Sequence record: PZ445523.1
DNA from: a phage
Length of the DNA stretch: 64,000 nt
Strand: one strand, 5' to 3'
Position numbers and translations under genes: made by a program. Of this stretch, positions 46,607 through 64,000 are shown one piece after another. Positions within the stretch are counted from its first letter, which is position 1. The number at the start of each line of letters is the position of its first letter. A model generated the notes under the pieces. That model saw only the letters and a program-made list of their open reading frames with translations. It did not search any database and was not told the origin of the DNA.

Positions 46607-48589
46607 ATGGCAAATACCCCTGTAAATTATCAATTAACAAGAACAGCAAATGCTATTCCCGAGATATTCGTCGGGGGTACGTTTGCTGAAATAAAACAAA
46701 ACCTCATTGAATGGCTTAATGGCCAAAATGAATTTTTGGATTATGATTTTGAAGGCTCAAGATTAAACGTTCTGTGTGACCTTTTGGCTTATAATACGCT
46801 GTACATTCAGCAGTTTGGTAATGCTGCTGTATATGAAAGCTTTATGCGTACTGCTAACTTACGAAGCTCAGTTGTTCAAGCTGCACAAGATAACGGATAT
46901 TTACCTACTTCAAAATCCGCTGCGCAAACCGAAATTATGTTAACATGCACCGACGCATTGAATAGGAATTACATTACAATTCCTCGCGGAACTCGCTTTT
47001 TAGCATATGCAAAAGATACTTCTGTTAATCCATATAACTTCGTTTCTACCGAAGACGTTATTGCTATTCGTGATAAAAATAACCAATATTTTCCACGTTT
47101 AAAATTGGCCCAGGGACGTATAGTAAGAACTGAAATCATTTATGATAAATTAACACCTATTATCATTTATGATAAAAATATTGATAGAAACCAGGTTAAA
47201 TTATATGTTGATGGAGCGGAATGGATTAACTGGACGAGAAAGTCAATGGTTCATGCTGGTTCAACATCAACGATTTACTATATGCGTGAAACTATTGATG
47301 GAAACACTGAATTCTATTTTGGTGAAGGTGAAATTTCTGTTAATGCTTCTGAAGGAGCTTTGACTGCTAATTATATTGGAGGTCTTAAACCTACTCAGAA
47401 CTCTACGATTGTTATTGAGTACATCAGTACTAATGGTGCTGACGCGAACGGAGCAGTCGGATTTTCATACGCAGACACATTAACAAATATAACTGTCATC
47501 AATATTAATGAAAATCCAAACGGTGACCCAGATTTTGTTGGGGCAGATGGAGGCGGTGATCCAGAAGATATTGAGCGTATTCGCGAATTGGGTACTATTA
47601 AACGCGAAACCCAGCAACGATGCGTAACTGCGACTGACTATGATACATTCGTTTCAGAGAGATTTGGTTCTATTATTCAAGCTGTTCAAACTTTCACTGA
47701 TTCTACTAAACCCGGGTATGCATTTATTGCTGCTAAACCTAAATCAGGACTGTATTTAACTACTGTACAGCGTGAAGATATTAAAAATTATCTCAAAGAC
47801 TATAATTTAGCTCCTATTACGCCATCAATTATTTCTCCTAATTATCTTTTTATTAAGACTAATTTAAAAGTCACATATGCTTTAAATAAACTGCAAGAAT
47901 CCGAACAGTGGCTTGAAGGTCAAATAATTGATAAAATTGATCGCTATTATACCGAAGATGTAGAAATTTTTAACTCATCTTTCGCTAAATCTAAGATGTT
48001 AACTTATGTAGATGATGCAGATCATTCTGTCATCGGTTCATCAGCGACTATTCAAATGGTTCGTGAAGTACAAAACTTCTATAAAACACCTGAAGCAGGT
48101 ATTAAATACAATAATCAAATAAAAGATCGTTCTATGGAATCTAATACGTTTTCATTTAATTCTGGACGAAAGGTTGTAAATCCTGATACTGGTTTAGAAG
48201 AAGATGTATTATATGACGTTCGTATAGTATCAACAGACCGAGATTCTAAAGGAATTGGTAAAGTTATTATTGGTCCATTTGCTTCTGGCGATGTTACAGA
48301 AAATGAAAACATTCAGCCGTATACAGGCAACGATTTTAACAAATTAGCAAATTCTGATGGACGCGACAAATACTATGTTATCGGTGAAATAAATTATCCG
48401 GCTGACATGATTTATTGGAATATCGCTAAAATTAATTTAACATCTGAAAAATTTGAGGTTCAGACTATTGAATTATATTCTGACCCAACCGATGATGTTA
48501 TCTTTACCCGTGATGGTTCACTGATTGTATTTGAAAATGATTTACGTCCACAATACTTAACTATCGATTTGGAGCCTATATCACAATGA
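46607..48589 (+). CDS. 6: Baseplate wedge protein gp6
   Basis: 660 aa; length and synteny match T4 gp6. Confidence 0.92.
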   Translation: MANTPVNYQLTRTANAIPEIFVGGTFAEIKQNLIEWLNGQNEFLDYDFEGSRLNVLCDLLAYNTLYIQQFGNAAVYESFMRTANLRSSVVQAAQDNGYLPTSKSAAQTEIMLTCTDALNRNYITIPRGTRFLAYAKDTSVNPYNFVSTEDVIAIRDKNNQYFPRLKLAQGRIVRTEIIYDKLTPIIIYDKNIDRNQVKLYVDGAEWINWTRKSMVHAGSTSTIYYMRETIDGNTEFYFGEGEISVNASEGALTANYIGGLKPTQNSTIVIEYISTNGADANGAVGFSYADTLTNITVININENPNGDPDFVGADGGGDPEDIERIRELGTIKRETQQRCVTATDYDTFVSERFGSIIQAVQTFTDSTKPGYAFIAAKPKSGLYLTTVQREDIKNYLKDYNLAPITPSIISPNYLFIKTNLKVTYALNKLQESEQWLEGQIIDKIDRYYTEDVEIFNSSFAKSKMLTYVDDADHSVIGSSATIQMVREVQNFYKTPEAGIKYNNQIKDRSMESNTFSFNSGRKVVNPDTGLEEDVLYDVRIVSTDRDSKGIGKVIIGPFASGDVTENENIQPYTGNDFNKLANSDGRDKYYVIGEINYPADMIYWNIAKINLTSEKFEVQTIELYSDPTDDVIFTRDGSLIVFENDLRPQYLTIDLEPISQ

Positions 48590-51500
48590 CAGTAAAAGCA
48601 CCTTCAGTCACTAGTCTCAGAATTTCCAAGTTATCCGCAAATCAGGTGCAAGTACGCTGGGATGACGTTGGTGCTAATTTCTACTATTTTGTAGAAATCG
48701 CTGAGACAAAAACGGACTCGGGGGAAAATCTCCCGAGCGATCAATATCGTTGGATTAATTTAGGATATACTGCAAATAACAGCTTCTTTTTTGATGATGC
48801 TGATCCATTAACAACATACATTATTAGAGTAGCCACAGCTGCGCAAGATTTTGAGCAGTCTGATTGGATTTATACCGAAGAGTTTGAAACTTTTGCTACG
48901 AATGCTTACACATTTCAAAACATGATTGAAATGCAATTAGCCAATAAATTCATTCAGGAAAAATTTACTCTTAACAATTCTAATTATGTCAATTTTAATA
49001 ATGACACTATAATGGCTGCATTGATGAATGAATCGTTTCAATTCAGCCCATCATATGCTGATGTCTCATCAATCAGTAATTTTATTATTGGTGAAAATGA
49101 ATATCATGAAATACAGGGTTCTATTCAACAAGTATGTAAGGATATTAATCGAGTTTATTTGATGGAATCAGAAGGGATTCTGTATCTTTTTGAGCGCTAT
49201 CAACCCGTAGTTAAAGTATCTAATGATAAAGGACAAACCTGGAAAGCTGTAAAGCTCTTCAATGACCGTGTAGGATATCCTTTATCTAAGACAGTATATT
49301 ACCAATCTGCAAACACAACATACGTTCTAGGATACGACAAGATTTTCTACGGCCGTAAATCTACTGATGTTAGATGGTCAGCTGATGATGTCAGATTTAG
49401 TTCGCAGGATATAACATTCGCTAAACTTGTCGACCAATTACATCTAGGATTTGATGTAGAAATTTTTGCCACTTACGCGACTTTACCAGCGAATGTATAC
49501 CGCATTGCAGAAGCTATTACTTGCACCGATGATTACATTTACGTTGTCGCCAGAGACAAAGTTAGATACATAAAAACGAGTAATGCACCTATAGATTCTG
49601 ATCCATTATCTCCGACATATTCAGAAAGACTTTTTGAACCTGATACAATGACTATAACTGGAAATCCTAAAGCAGTATGCTATAAAATGGATTCTATCGG
49701 TGATAAAGTTTTTGCTCTTATTATTGGCGAAGTTGAAACATTAAATGCCAATCCAAGAACATCAAAAATAATTGATTCTGTTGATAAAGGAATATATGTT
49801 TTAAATCATGACGAAAAAACATGGAAAAGAGTTTTCGGTAATACCGAAGAAGAAAGAAGACGTATTCAACCCGGATATGCGAATATGTCAACTGACGGTA
49901 AATTAGTTTCTCTATCTTCGAGTAATTTTAAATTTTTAAGTGATAACATTGTTAATGACCCTGAAACTGTGGTGAAATATCAGTTAATCGGTGCTGTTAA
50001 ATATGAATTTCCCCGTGAATGGTTAGCTGATAAGCATTATCATATGATGGCATTTATAGCGGATGAAAAATCTGATTGGGAGACTTTTACTCCTCAACCA
50101 ATGAAATACTACGCAGAACCGTTTTTTAACTGGTCTAAAAAATCTAACACACGCTGTTGGATAAACAACTCTAATAGAGCTGTAGTAGTTTATGCTGATT
50201 TAAAATACACTAAAGTTATAGAAAATATTCCGGAAACATCACCAGATAGATTAGTTCATGAATACTGGGATGATGGTGATTGCACTATAGTAATGCCAAA
50301 TGTTAAATTCACCGGATTTAAAAAATATGCATCTGGGATGCTTTTCTATAAAGCCTCCGGTGAAATAATTTCTTACTATGATTTTAACTATCGTGTGAGA
50401 GATACAGTAGAAATTATTTGGAAGCCGACTGGAGTATTTTTAAAAGCATTTTTACAAAACCAAGAGCATGAGACTCCTTGGTCACCAGAAGAAGAGCATG
50501 GATTAGCTGATCCTGATTTAAGACCATTAATTGGCACAATGATGCCTGATTCTTATTTGTTACAGGATTCGAATTTTGAGGCATTTTGCGAAGCATATAT
50601 TCAGTATCTTTCTGATGGATATGGAACTCAGTATAACAATTTACGAAATTTAATTCGTAATCAGTATCCACGAGAAGAGCATGCATGGGAATATTTGTGG
50701 TCAGAGATATATAAAAGAAACATTTATTTGAACGCGGATAAGCGAGATGCTGTAGCAAGATTTTTTGAATCACGTAGTTATGATTTTTATTCTACTAAAG
50801 GAATTGAAGCATCATACAAATTTCTTTTTAAAGTTCTTTATAATGAAGAAGTTGAAATTGAAATTGAATCTGGAGCTGGTACTGAATATGATATAATTGT
50901 TCAATCTGATTCTTTGACTGAAGATTTAGTAGGACAAACGATTTATACTGCAACAGGAAGATGTAATGTTACTTATATAGAAAGAAGCTATTCTAATGGT
51001 AAATTGCAATGGACCGTAACTATTCATAATCTTTTGGGACGATTAATTGCTGGTCAAGAAGTTAAAGCAGAAAGACTCCCTAGTTTTGAAGGCGAAATTA
51101 TTCGTGGAGTTAAAGGAAAGGATTTGCTTCAAAACAATATAGACTATATTAATAGAAGTAGATCATACTATGTAATGAAAATTAAATCCAATTTACCTTC
51201 TTCCCGCTGGAAATCTGACGTTATTCGTTTTGTTCATCCAGTAGGATTTGGATTTATAGCAATTACTCTTTTAACGATGTTTATTAATGTCGGTTTAACT
51301 CTTAAACACACAGAGACTATAATTAATAAATACAAAAACTATAAATGGGATTCTGGATTGCCTACTGAATATGCTGATAGAGTAGCTAAATTGACTCCAA
51401 CTGGTGAAATTGAGCATGATTCATTAACAGGCGAAGCAATTTATGAGCCTGGCCCAATGGCTGGTGTAGAATATCCTCTTCCTGATGACTATAATGCTGA

Positions 51501-51684
51501 AAATAATAATTCAATATTTCAAGGTCAATTGCCGTCTGAACGACGTAAATTAATGAGTCCTTTATTTGATGCATCTGGAACAACATTTGCGCAATTTAGA
51601 GATTTAGTTAATAAACGTCTAAAAGACAATATAGGAAATCCAAGAGACCCTGAAAATCCAACACAGGTTAAAATAGATGAATGA
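48586..51684 (+). CDS. 7: Baseplate wedge protein gp7
   Basis: 1032 aa; length and synteny match T4 gp7. Confidence 0.92.
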   Translation: MTVKAPSVTSLRISKLSANQVQVRWDDVGANFYYFVEIAETKTDSGENLPSDQYRWINLGYTANNSFFFDDADPLTTYIIRVATAAQDFEQSDWIYTEEFETFATNAYTFQNMIEMQLANKFIQEKFTLNNSNYVNFNNDTIMAALMNESFQFSPSYADVSSISNFIIGENEYHEIQGSIQQVCKDINRVYLMESEGILYLFERYQPVVKVSNDKGQTWKAVKLFNDRVGYPLSKTVYYQSANTTYVLGYDKIFYGRKSTDVRWSADDVRFSSQDITFAKLVDQLHLGFDVEIFATYATLPANVYRIAEAITCTDDYIYVVARDKVRYIKTSNAPIDSDPLSPTYSERLFEPDTMTITGNPKAVCYKMDSIGDKVFALIIGEVETLNANPRTSKIIDSVDKGIYVLNHDEKTWKRVFGNTEEERRRIQPGYANMSTDGKLVSLSSSNFKFLSDNIVNDPETVVKYQLIGAVKYEFPREWLADKHYHMMAFIADEKSDWETFTPQPMKYYAEPFFNWSKKSNTRCWINNSNRAVVVYADLKYTKVIENIPETSPDRLVHEYWDDGDCTIVMPNVKFTGFKKYASGMLFYKASGEIISYYDFNYRVRDTVEIIWKPTGVFLKAFLQNQEHETPWSPEEEHGLADPDLRPLIGTMMPDSYLLQDSNFEAFCEAYIQYLSDGYGTQYNNLRNLIRNQYPREEHAWEYLWSEIYKRNIYLNADKRDAVARFFESRSYDFYSTKGIEASYKFLFKVLYNEEVEIEIESGAGTEYDIIVQSDSLTEDLVGQTIYTATGRCNVTYIERSYSNGKLQWTVTIHNLLGRLIAGQEVKAERLPSFEGEIIRGVKGKDLLQNNIDYINRSRSYYVMKIKSNLPSSRWKSDVIRFVHPVGFGFIAITLLTMFINVGLTLKHTETIINKYKNYKWDSGLPTEYADRVAKLTPTGEIEHDSLTGEAIYEPGPMAGVEYPLPDDYNAENNNSIFQGQLPSERRKLMSPLFDASGTTFAQFRDLVNKRLKDNIGNPRDPENPTQVKIDE

Positions 51685-52681
51685 TTCAAGTGTTATCTAT
51701 CGTGCGATAGTTACTTCAAAATTTAGAACAGAAAAAATGTTGAATTTTTATAATTCAATTGGAAGTGGTCCGGATAAAAACACTATCTTTATCACATTTG
51801 GAAGATCAGAACCGTGGTCATCAAATGAAAATGAGGTGGGCTTTGCCCCACCTTATCCAACCGATTCTGTATTAGGAGTAACTGACATGTGGACGCATAT
51901 GATGGGAACAGTAAAAGTTCTTCCATCAATGCTTGATGCAGTTATTCCTCGTCGAGATTGGGGAGATACTAGATATCCGGATCCGTATACATTTAGAATT
52001 AACGATATTGTAGTGTGTAACTCAGCTCCTTACAACGCTACTGAATCAGGCGCAGGCTGGTTAGTATATCGTTGTTTAGATGTTCCTGATACCGGAATGT
52101 GTTCAATCGCATCTTTAACTGATAAGGATGAATGCCTTAAATTAGGCGGAAAATGGACACCTTCTGTTAGGTCAATGACTCCTCCTGAAGGTCGAGGAGA
52201 TGCTGAAGGAACAATTGAACCTGGGGACGGGTATGTATGGGAATATCTATTTGAGATTCCACCCGATGTATCTATAAATAGATGCACGAATGAATATATC
52301 GTGGTTCCTTGGCCTGAGGAATTAAAAGAAGACCCGACTAGATGGGGATATGAAGATAATCTCACTTGGCAGCAAGATGATTTTGGATTAATTTACCGGG
52401 TTAAGGCAAATACTATCCGTTTTAAAGCATATTTAGATTCAGTTTACTTTCCTGATGCTGCATTGCCAGGAAATAAAGGATTTAGACAAATATCAATAAT
52501 CACGAATCCTCTTGAAGCTAAAGCTCATCCAAATGACCCAAACGTTAAAGCTGAAAAGGATTATTATGATCCAGAAGATTTAATGAGGCATTCGGGCGAA
52601 ATGATTTATATGGAAAATAGGCCACCTATTATCATGGCAATGGATCAAACAGAAGAAATCAATATTCTGTTTACATTTTAA
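51677..52681 (+). CDS. 8: Baseplate wedge protein gp8
   Basis: 334 aa; length and synteny match T4 gp8. Confidence 0.92.
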   Translation: MNDSSVIYRAIVTSKFRTEKMLNFYNSIGSGPDKNTIFITFGRSEPWSSNENEVGFAPPYPTDSVLGVTDMWTHMMGTVKVLPSMLDAVIPRRDWGDTRYPDPYTFRINDIVVCNSAPYNATESGAGWLVYRCLDVPDTGMCSIASLTDKDECLKLGGKWTPSVRSMTPPEGRGDAEGTIEPGDGYVWEYLFEIPPDVSINRCTNEYIVVPWPEELKEDPTRWGYEDNLTWQQDDFGLIYRVKANTIRFKAYLDSVYFPDAALPGNKGFRQISIITNPLEAKAHPNDPNVKAEKDYYDPEDLMRHSGEMIYMENRPPIIMAMDQTEEINILFTF

Positions 52682-52685
52682 ATTA

Positions 52686-52710
52686 AGGGAGCCCATGGGC
52701 TCCCTTTTTC
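52686..52710 (+). terminator. Rho-independent terminator after gene 8
   Basis: Plus-strand GGGAGCCCAUGGGCUCCC followed by UUUUU. Confidence 0.65.
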
Positions 52711-52712
52711 TT

Positions 52713-52720
52713 TATAAATA
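52713..52720 (+). promoter_or_regulatory. Late promoter (TATAAATA) for gene 9
   Basis: TATAAATA about 25 nt upstream of the gene 9 ATG, right after the terminator. Confidence 0.6.
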
Positions 52721-52744
52721 CTATAAACTCATAAGGAAACCGCT

Positions 52745-53611
52745 ATGTTCATTCAAGAACCAAAGAAATTGATTGATACCGGCGAAATTGGTAACGCTTC
52801 TACTGGTGATATCTTATTCGACGGTGGTAATAAAATTAATAGTGATTTTAACGCAATTTATAATGCGTTTGGCGATCAGCGTAAAATGGCAGTAGCAAAT
52901 GGCACTGGAGCAGATGGTCAAATTATCCATGCTACTGGGTATTATCAAAAACACTCTATTACAGAGTACGCAACTCCAGTGAAAGTTGGCACTAGACATG
53001 ATATTGATACCTCTACTGTAGGTGTTAAAGTTATTATTGAAAGAGGCGAACTCGGCGATTGTGTTGAATTCATTAACTCTAATGGATCAATATCAGTTAC
53101 TAATCCTTTAACAATTCAAGCTATTGATTCAATTAAAGGTGTTTCAGGTAATTTAGTAGTAACTAGCCCATATAGTAAAGTAACTTTACGCTGTATTTCA
53201 TCTGATAATTCTACATCGGTTTGGAATTATTCTATTGAAAGTATGTTTGGACAAAAGGAATCACCAGCTGAAGGTACATGGAATATTTCTACATCCGGAT
53301 CAGTTGATATTCCACTATTTCATCGCACTGAATACAATATGGCTAAATTGTTAGTTACGTGCCAATCGGTAGATGGAAGAAAAATTAAAACGGCAGAAAT
53401 AAATATTCTTGTGGATATTGTTAATTCAGAGGTCATTTCTTCTGAATATGCTGTCATGCGAGTTGGGAATGAAACCGAAGAAGACGAAATCGCTAATATT
53501 GCATTTAGTATTAAAGAAAATTATGTAACGGCGACTATAAGTTCTTCAACTGTCGGTATGAGAGCAGCAGTTAAAGTTATCGCTACGCAGAAAATCGGGG
53601 TGGCTCAATAA
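52745..53611 (+). CDS. 9: Baseplate protein gp9 (long tail fiber socket)
   Basis: 288 aa; matches T4 gp9 by length and synteny. Confidence 0.92.
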   Translation: MFIQEPKKLIDTGEIGNASTGDILFDGGNKINSDFNAIYNAFGDQRKMAVANGTGADGQIIHATGYYQKHSITEYATPVKVGTRHDIDTSTVGVKVIIERGELGDCVEFINSNGSISVTNPLTIQAIDSIKGVSGNLVVTSPYSKVTLRCISSDNSTSVWNYSIESMFGQKESPAEGTWNISTSGSVDIPLFHRTEYNMAKLLVTCQSVDGRKIKTAEINILVDIVNSEVISSEYAVMRVGNETEEDEIANIAFSIKENYVTATISSSTVGMRAAVKVIATQKIGVAQ

Positions 53612-55416
53612 TGAAACAAAATATTAATATCGGTAATGTTGTAGATGATGGTACCGGTGACTACCTGCGTAAAGGTGGTATAAAAATAAATGAAAACTTT
53701 GATGAGCTTTATTACGAGCTTGGTGACGGTGATGTTCCATATTCAGCTGGTGCCTGGAAAACTTATAATGCTTCATCAGGACAAACACTAACAGCAGAAT
53801 GGGGAAAATCATATGCCATTAACACTTCATCTGGAAGAGTAACTCTACAACTTCCTAAAGGAACCGTTAATGATTATAATAAAGTAATTAAAGCTAGGGA
53901 TGTATTTGCAACATGGAATGTTAATCCAGTTACTCTAGTAGCCGCTTCTGGTGATACTATTAAAGGATCATCGTCATCAGTTGAAATTAATGTTCAATTT
54001 AGCGATTTAGAATTAGTTTATTGTGCTCCAGGACGTTGGGAATATGTCAAAAACAAACAAATTGACAAAATTATTAGTTCAGATATTAGTAATGTAGCAC
54101 GTAAAGAATTTTTAGTTGAAGTTCAAGGACAAACAGACTTTTTAGATATTTTCCGTGGAACTAGCTATAATGTTAATAACATCCGAGTAAAACACCGCGG
54201 TAATGAATTATATTACGGCGATGTATTTAGTGAAAACAGTGACTTTGGCTCTCCTGGGGAAAATGAAGGAGAATTGATTCCTCTTGATGGATTTAATATT
54301 AGGTTAAGACAGCCTTGTAATATTGGTGACACTGTTCAAATTGAAACATTTATGGATGGTATATCACAATGGAGAAGTTCATATACAAGACGCCAAATAA
54401 AAGTATTAGATTCAAAATTAACGTCAAAAACTTCTTTAGAAGGAAGTATTTACGTTACTGATTTATCAACAATGAAATCAATTCCATTCTCTGCATTTGG
54501 ATTAATTCCCGGAGAACCTATTAATCCTAATTCTCTTGAAGTTCGTTTTAATGGAATTTTACAACAACAAGCTGGAACAGCTGGATATCCTCTGTTTTTG
54601 TGTGAAGGTGCTAATTCAGATACGCAAGCAGGATGTATATCTCTTGGTGGTGAATGGAAAGAATCGAACACAGATTATTCTATAGAATATGAAGATGGAA
54701 AACCTGTCAGTCTTTTATTTGATAGAAAATTTGAATCAGGAGATATAATCGTTATAACATGGTTCAATAATGATTTAGGAACTCTTTTAGAAAAAGATGA
54801 CATTATTGAATTAACTGATGACCGTTATGTTAGTAAAGGATCATCTACTGAAGTTACTGGTGATGTAGCCTTAACAGATTTTGATAAAATCGGTTGGCCA
54901 AATGTTGAAAAAGTTGATTCTTATACTAGAACGTATAATTCAATATCATCTATTTTCGACAGCATTTATCCTGTTGGTTCAATTTATGAAAATGCTATAA
55001 ACCCAAATAATCCGGTGACTTATATGGGATTTGGTTCATGGAAATTATTTGGTAAAGGACAAGTTTTAGTAGGATGGAATGATGATGTTACGGATCCAAA
55101 CTTTGCTTTAAACAATAATGATTTAGATTCTAGCGGAAATCCTTCACATACTGCCGGTGGAACAGTTGGTACAACATCAGTAACGCTTGAAAACGCAAAT
55201 CTTCCTGCGACTAAAACTGATGAAAGAGTTTTAATTGAAGACGAAAATGGATCAGTTATTATTGGAGGTTGCCAATATGACCCAGACGAAACTGGTCCTA
55301 TATATACAAAATATCGTGAAGACTACGCAACAACAAACTCTTCACATACTCCTCCTGCTAATATTAGTAATATTCAACCGTCTATTACTGTATACCGTTG
55401 GATAAGGATTGCATAA
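53611..55416 (+). CDS. 10: Baseplate wedge protein gp10
   Basis: 601 aa; TAATG overlap with gene 9; matches T4 gp10. Confidence 0.92.
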   Translation: MKQNINIGNVVDDGTGDYLRKGGIKINENFDELYYELGDGDVPYSAGAWKTYNASSGQTLTAEWGKSYAINTSSGRVTLQLPKGTVNDYNKVIKARDVFATWNVNPVTLVAASGDTIKGSSSSVEINVQFSDLELVYCAPGRWEYVKNKQIDKIISSDISNVARKEFLVEVQGQTDFLDIFRGTSYNVNNIRVKHRGNELYYGDVFSENSDFGSPGENEGELIPLDGFNIRLRQPCNIGDTVQIETFMDGISQWRSSYTRRQIKVLDSKLTSKTSLEGSIYVTDLSTMKSIPFSAFGLIPGEPINPNSLEVRFNGILQQQAGTAGYPLFLCEGANSDTQAGCISLGGEWKESNTDYSIEYEDGKPVSLLFDRKFESGDIIVITWFNNDLGTLLEKDDIIELTDDRYVSKGSSTEVTGDVALTDFDKIGWPNVEKVDSYTRTYNSISSIFDSIYPVGSIYENAINPNNPVTYMGFGSWKLFGKGQVLVGWNDDVTDPNFALNNNDLDSSGNPSHTAGGTVGTTSVTLENANLPATKTDERVLIEDENGSVIIGGCQYDPDETGPIYTKYREDYATTNSSHTPPANISNIQPSITVYRWIRIA

Positions 55417-56075
55417 TGAGTTTACTTAATAATAAAGCGGGAGTTATTTCCCGCTTAGCAGATTTTCTTGGTTTTAGAACTAAGAAAAATGATATTTCGG
55501 TTATGAATAATCAACCGGTAGGCGCTGTAACAATTTCACAAATAGCAAAAGGTTTTTATGACTCAAATGTAGAATCTGCTATCAATGATGTTAGAAATAT
55601 GGCAGAGCAACAGGTTGGAGCTGTATTAATTAATATAAGCGGCGTATCTCCTACTGGCGTGCAACAAACCGACTATTGGTCATTTGAAGGAACTGTTACT
55701 GATACTTCAGCCAAACCAGGTGACCCAGTTATTGTTAACATGTTTGGTATTCCAGTTAAAGCTACTAATGGAATGACTTCAATTGAATTTACTAGTGCTG
55801 TTAGAACAGCTCTACAGGAAATGGTTGTAAAATTTATTGCAATTGATTCATTTGAAGACCATCCTACTATAGGGAATAAAATACAAGTTAAGTATTTAGA
55901 TAACCAAGAACATATCTTAGAGCAATACTCTGATAAAGGAATTACTTTCAAACAAGAAATAATTTCTCCTTCTAAACCCGGGTATGGAACTTGGCAATTA
56001 TTAGGTGCGCAAACTGTTACGCTAGATAGTCACACACAACCTACAGTATTTTATTATTTTGAGAGAATAGCATGA
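55416..56075 (+). CDS. 11: Baseplate wedge protein gp11 (short tail fiber connector)
   Basis: 219 aa from [20 protein letters not shown] (TAATG overlap with gene 10); ORF-track start 18 nt upstream rejected. Confidence 0.9.
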   Translation: MSLLNNKAGVISRLADFLGFRTKKNDISVMNNQPVGAVTISQIAKGFYDSNVESAINDVRNMAEQQVGAVLINISGVSPTGVQQTDYWSFEGTVTDTSAKPGDPVIVNMFGIPVKATNGMTSIEFTSAVRTALQEMVVKFIAIDSFEDHPTIGNKIQVKYLDNQEHILEQYSDKGITFKQEIISPSKPGYGTWQLLGAQTVTLDSHTQPTVFYYFERIA

Positions 56076-57622
56076 GTAACAATACATATCAGCACGTATC
56101 AAATGAATCAAAATATGTTAAATTCGATCCTACTGGATCGAATTTTCCTGGCACTGTTACGACAGTACAGTCTGCATTATCAAAAATAAGTAATATCGGC
56201 GTAAATGGTATTCCTGATGCAACTATGGAAGTTAAAGGAATAGCAATGATTGCATCAGAGCAAGAGGTTTTAGATGGAACAAATAATTCTAAAATCGTTA
56301 CACCAGCTACATTAGCAACAAGATTATTGTATCCAAACGCTACTGAAACTAAATATGGTTTAACGCGCTATTCAACAAATGAAGAAACATTAGAAGGCTC
56401 AGATAATAATTCATCAATAACGCCGCAAAAACTGAAATACCATACTGATGATGTGTTCCGAAATAGATATTCATCTGAGTCATCAAACGGGGTTATTAAA
56501 ATATCATCTACGCCTGCAGCTTTGGCTGGTGTCGATGATACTACGGCGATGACTCCGTTGAAAACCCAAAAACTTGCAATAAAATTAATTTCACAAATAG
56601 CTCCTTCAGAAGACACTGCAACAGAATCTGTGAGAGGAGTAGTTCAATTATCTACTGTTGCACAAACTCGTCAAGGAACTCTCCGTGAAGGATATGCAAT
56701 TTCCCCGTATACCTTTATGAATTCTGTTGCAACACAAGAATATAAGGGTGTTATACGTCTAGGAACACAATCAGAAATTAATAATAATTTGGGGGATGTT
56801 GCAGTAACAGGTGAAACACTAAATGGTCGAGGAGCTACTGGTTCTATGCGTGGAGTAGTAAAATTAACGACGCAGGCCGGTATTGCTCCTGAAGGCGATA
56901 GCTCTGGGGCATTAGCCTGGAACGCAGACGTAATTAATACTCGTGGTGGACAAACTATTAATGGTTCTTTAAATTTAGATCATCTCACAGCAAATGGAAT
57001 TTGGTCGCGCGGCGGAATGTGGAAAAATGGCGATCAACCTGTTGCCACTGAAAGATACGCGTCCGAAAGAGTTCCAGTTGGAACTATTATGATGTTTGCG
57101 GGTGATTCAGCACCTCCAGGTTGGATTATGTGTCATGGTGGAACCGTGTCAGGTAACCAATTTCCTGATTATAGAAACGTAGTTGGAACAAGATTTGGTG
57201 GCGATTGGAATAATCCTGGCATTCCTGATATGCGAGGTCTTTTCGTCAGAGGCGCGGGCACAGGCGGTCATATTTTAAATCAACGAGGACAAGATGGTTA
57301 TGGGAAGGATAGACTTGGTGTAGGATGTGATGGAATGCATGTTGGCGGTGTTCAAGCACAACAAATGTCATACCATAAACACGCTGGTGGTTGGGGGGAA
57401 TATAACAGAAGTGAAGGTCCATTTGGCGCGTCTGTTTATCAAGGATATCTTGGAACTAGAAAATATTCCGACTGGGATAATGCTTCATACTTCACCAATG
57501 ATGGATTTGAATTAGGTGGACCGAGAGATGCCCTTGGTACACTTAATCGCGAAGGATTAATTGGTTATGAAACTAGACCATGGAATATATCATTAAACTA
57601 TATTATTAAAATTCATTACTAA
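56072..57622 (+). CDS. 12: Short tail fiber protein gp12
   Basis: 516 aa; central repeat region and C-terminal receptor-binding end (...NYIIKIHY); synteny. Confidence 0.92.
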   Translation: MSNNTYQHVSNESKYVKFDPTGSNFPGTVTTVQSALSKISNIGVNGIPDATMEVKGIAMIASEQEVLDGTNNSKIVTPATLATRLLYPNATETKYGLTRYSTNEETLEGSDNNSSITPQKLKYHTDDVFRNRYSSESSNGVIKISSTPAALAGVDDTTAMTPLKTQKLAIKLISQIAPSEDTATESVRGVVQLSTVAQTRQGTLREGYAISPYTFMNSVATQEYKGVIRLGTQSEINNNLGDVAVTGETLNGRGATGSMRGVVKLTTQAGIAPEGDSSGALAWNADVINTRGGQTINGSLNLDHLTANGIWSRGGMWKNGDQPVATERYASERVPVGTIMMFAGDSAPPGWIMCHGGTVSGNQFPDYRNVVGTRFGGDWNNPGIPDMRGLFVRGAGTGGHILNQRGQDGYGKDRLGVGCDGMHVGGVQAQQMSYHKHAGGWGEYNRSEGPFGASVYQGYLGTRKYSDWDNASYFTNDGFELGGPRDALGTLNREGLIGYETRPWNISLNYIIKIHY

Positions 57623-59089
<1,467 letters not shown>

Positions 59090-59092
59090 CAT

Positions 59093-59108
59093 GGGGCCGC
59101 AAGGCCCC
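59093..59108 (+). terminator. Stem-loop with GNRA tetraloop after wac
   Basis: Plus-strand GGGGCCGCAAGGCCCC; no U tract, so probably an RNA-stability or processing hairpin. Confidence 0.4.
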
Positions 59109-59120
59109 AAAGGATTTTAA

Positions 59121-60822
<1,702 letters not shown>

Positions 60823-60863
60823 TAAATATTATAAACTAATTAAAGCCCAGATTAGGAGAAATC

Positions 60864-64000
<3,137 letters not shown>

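Noticed and set aside
46319-57515. Minus-strand and internal ORFs in the late module (for example 46319..46513, 50414..50773, 52030..52365, 53624..53812, 55673..55951, 57327..57515)
   Set aside because: Embedded in or antisense to conserved structural genes 5.4-12; no independent expression signals.
60823-60863. Possible late promoter upstream of gene 15 (AATAAATATTATAAAC)
   Set aside because: No exact TATAAATA; the match is too weak to call without transcript data.

Overview
This window is a T4-like (T-even, Tevenvirinae) phage genome segment, colinear with the phage T4 map from gene 46 through gene 17. Positions 1-43426 are a minus-strand early/middle region: 46, 47, agt, 55, nrdH, nrdG, nrdD (intronless), 49, pin, nrdC, a block of accessory ORFs, tk, regB, denV, e, nudE, an eight-tRNA cluster with segB, then 57B/57A and genes 1, 3, 2, 4. 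Positions 43474-64000 are the plus-strand late baseplate, tail-fiber, neck and terminase module: 53, 5, 5.4, 6-12, wac, 13-16 and a 3'-truncated 17. Gene names are assigned from recognised protein sequence, motifs, length and synteny; no database search was run. The accessory content is the most interesting part: four genes carrying an internal-protein capsid-targeting leader at non-T4 positions (one flanked by identical 32-nt terminators, two in a duplicated promoter-leader module), an Acb1-type 2H phosphoesterase (57B), a macro-domain protein, a GIY-YIG / P-loop ATPase / Pol-beta nucleotidyltransferase cluster, four tandem proteins with C-terminal coiled coils, and a family of small acidic paralogs with one frameshifted copy. 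A recurring early-promoter block explains several spurious N-terminal extensions in the ORF track. Coordinates of promoters, hairpins, tRNAs and sub-60-aa ORFs were counted by hand and may be off by 1-2 nt.
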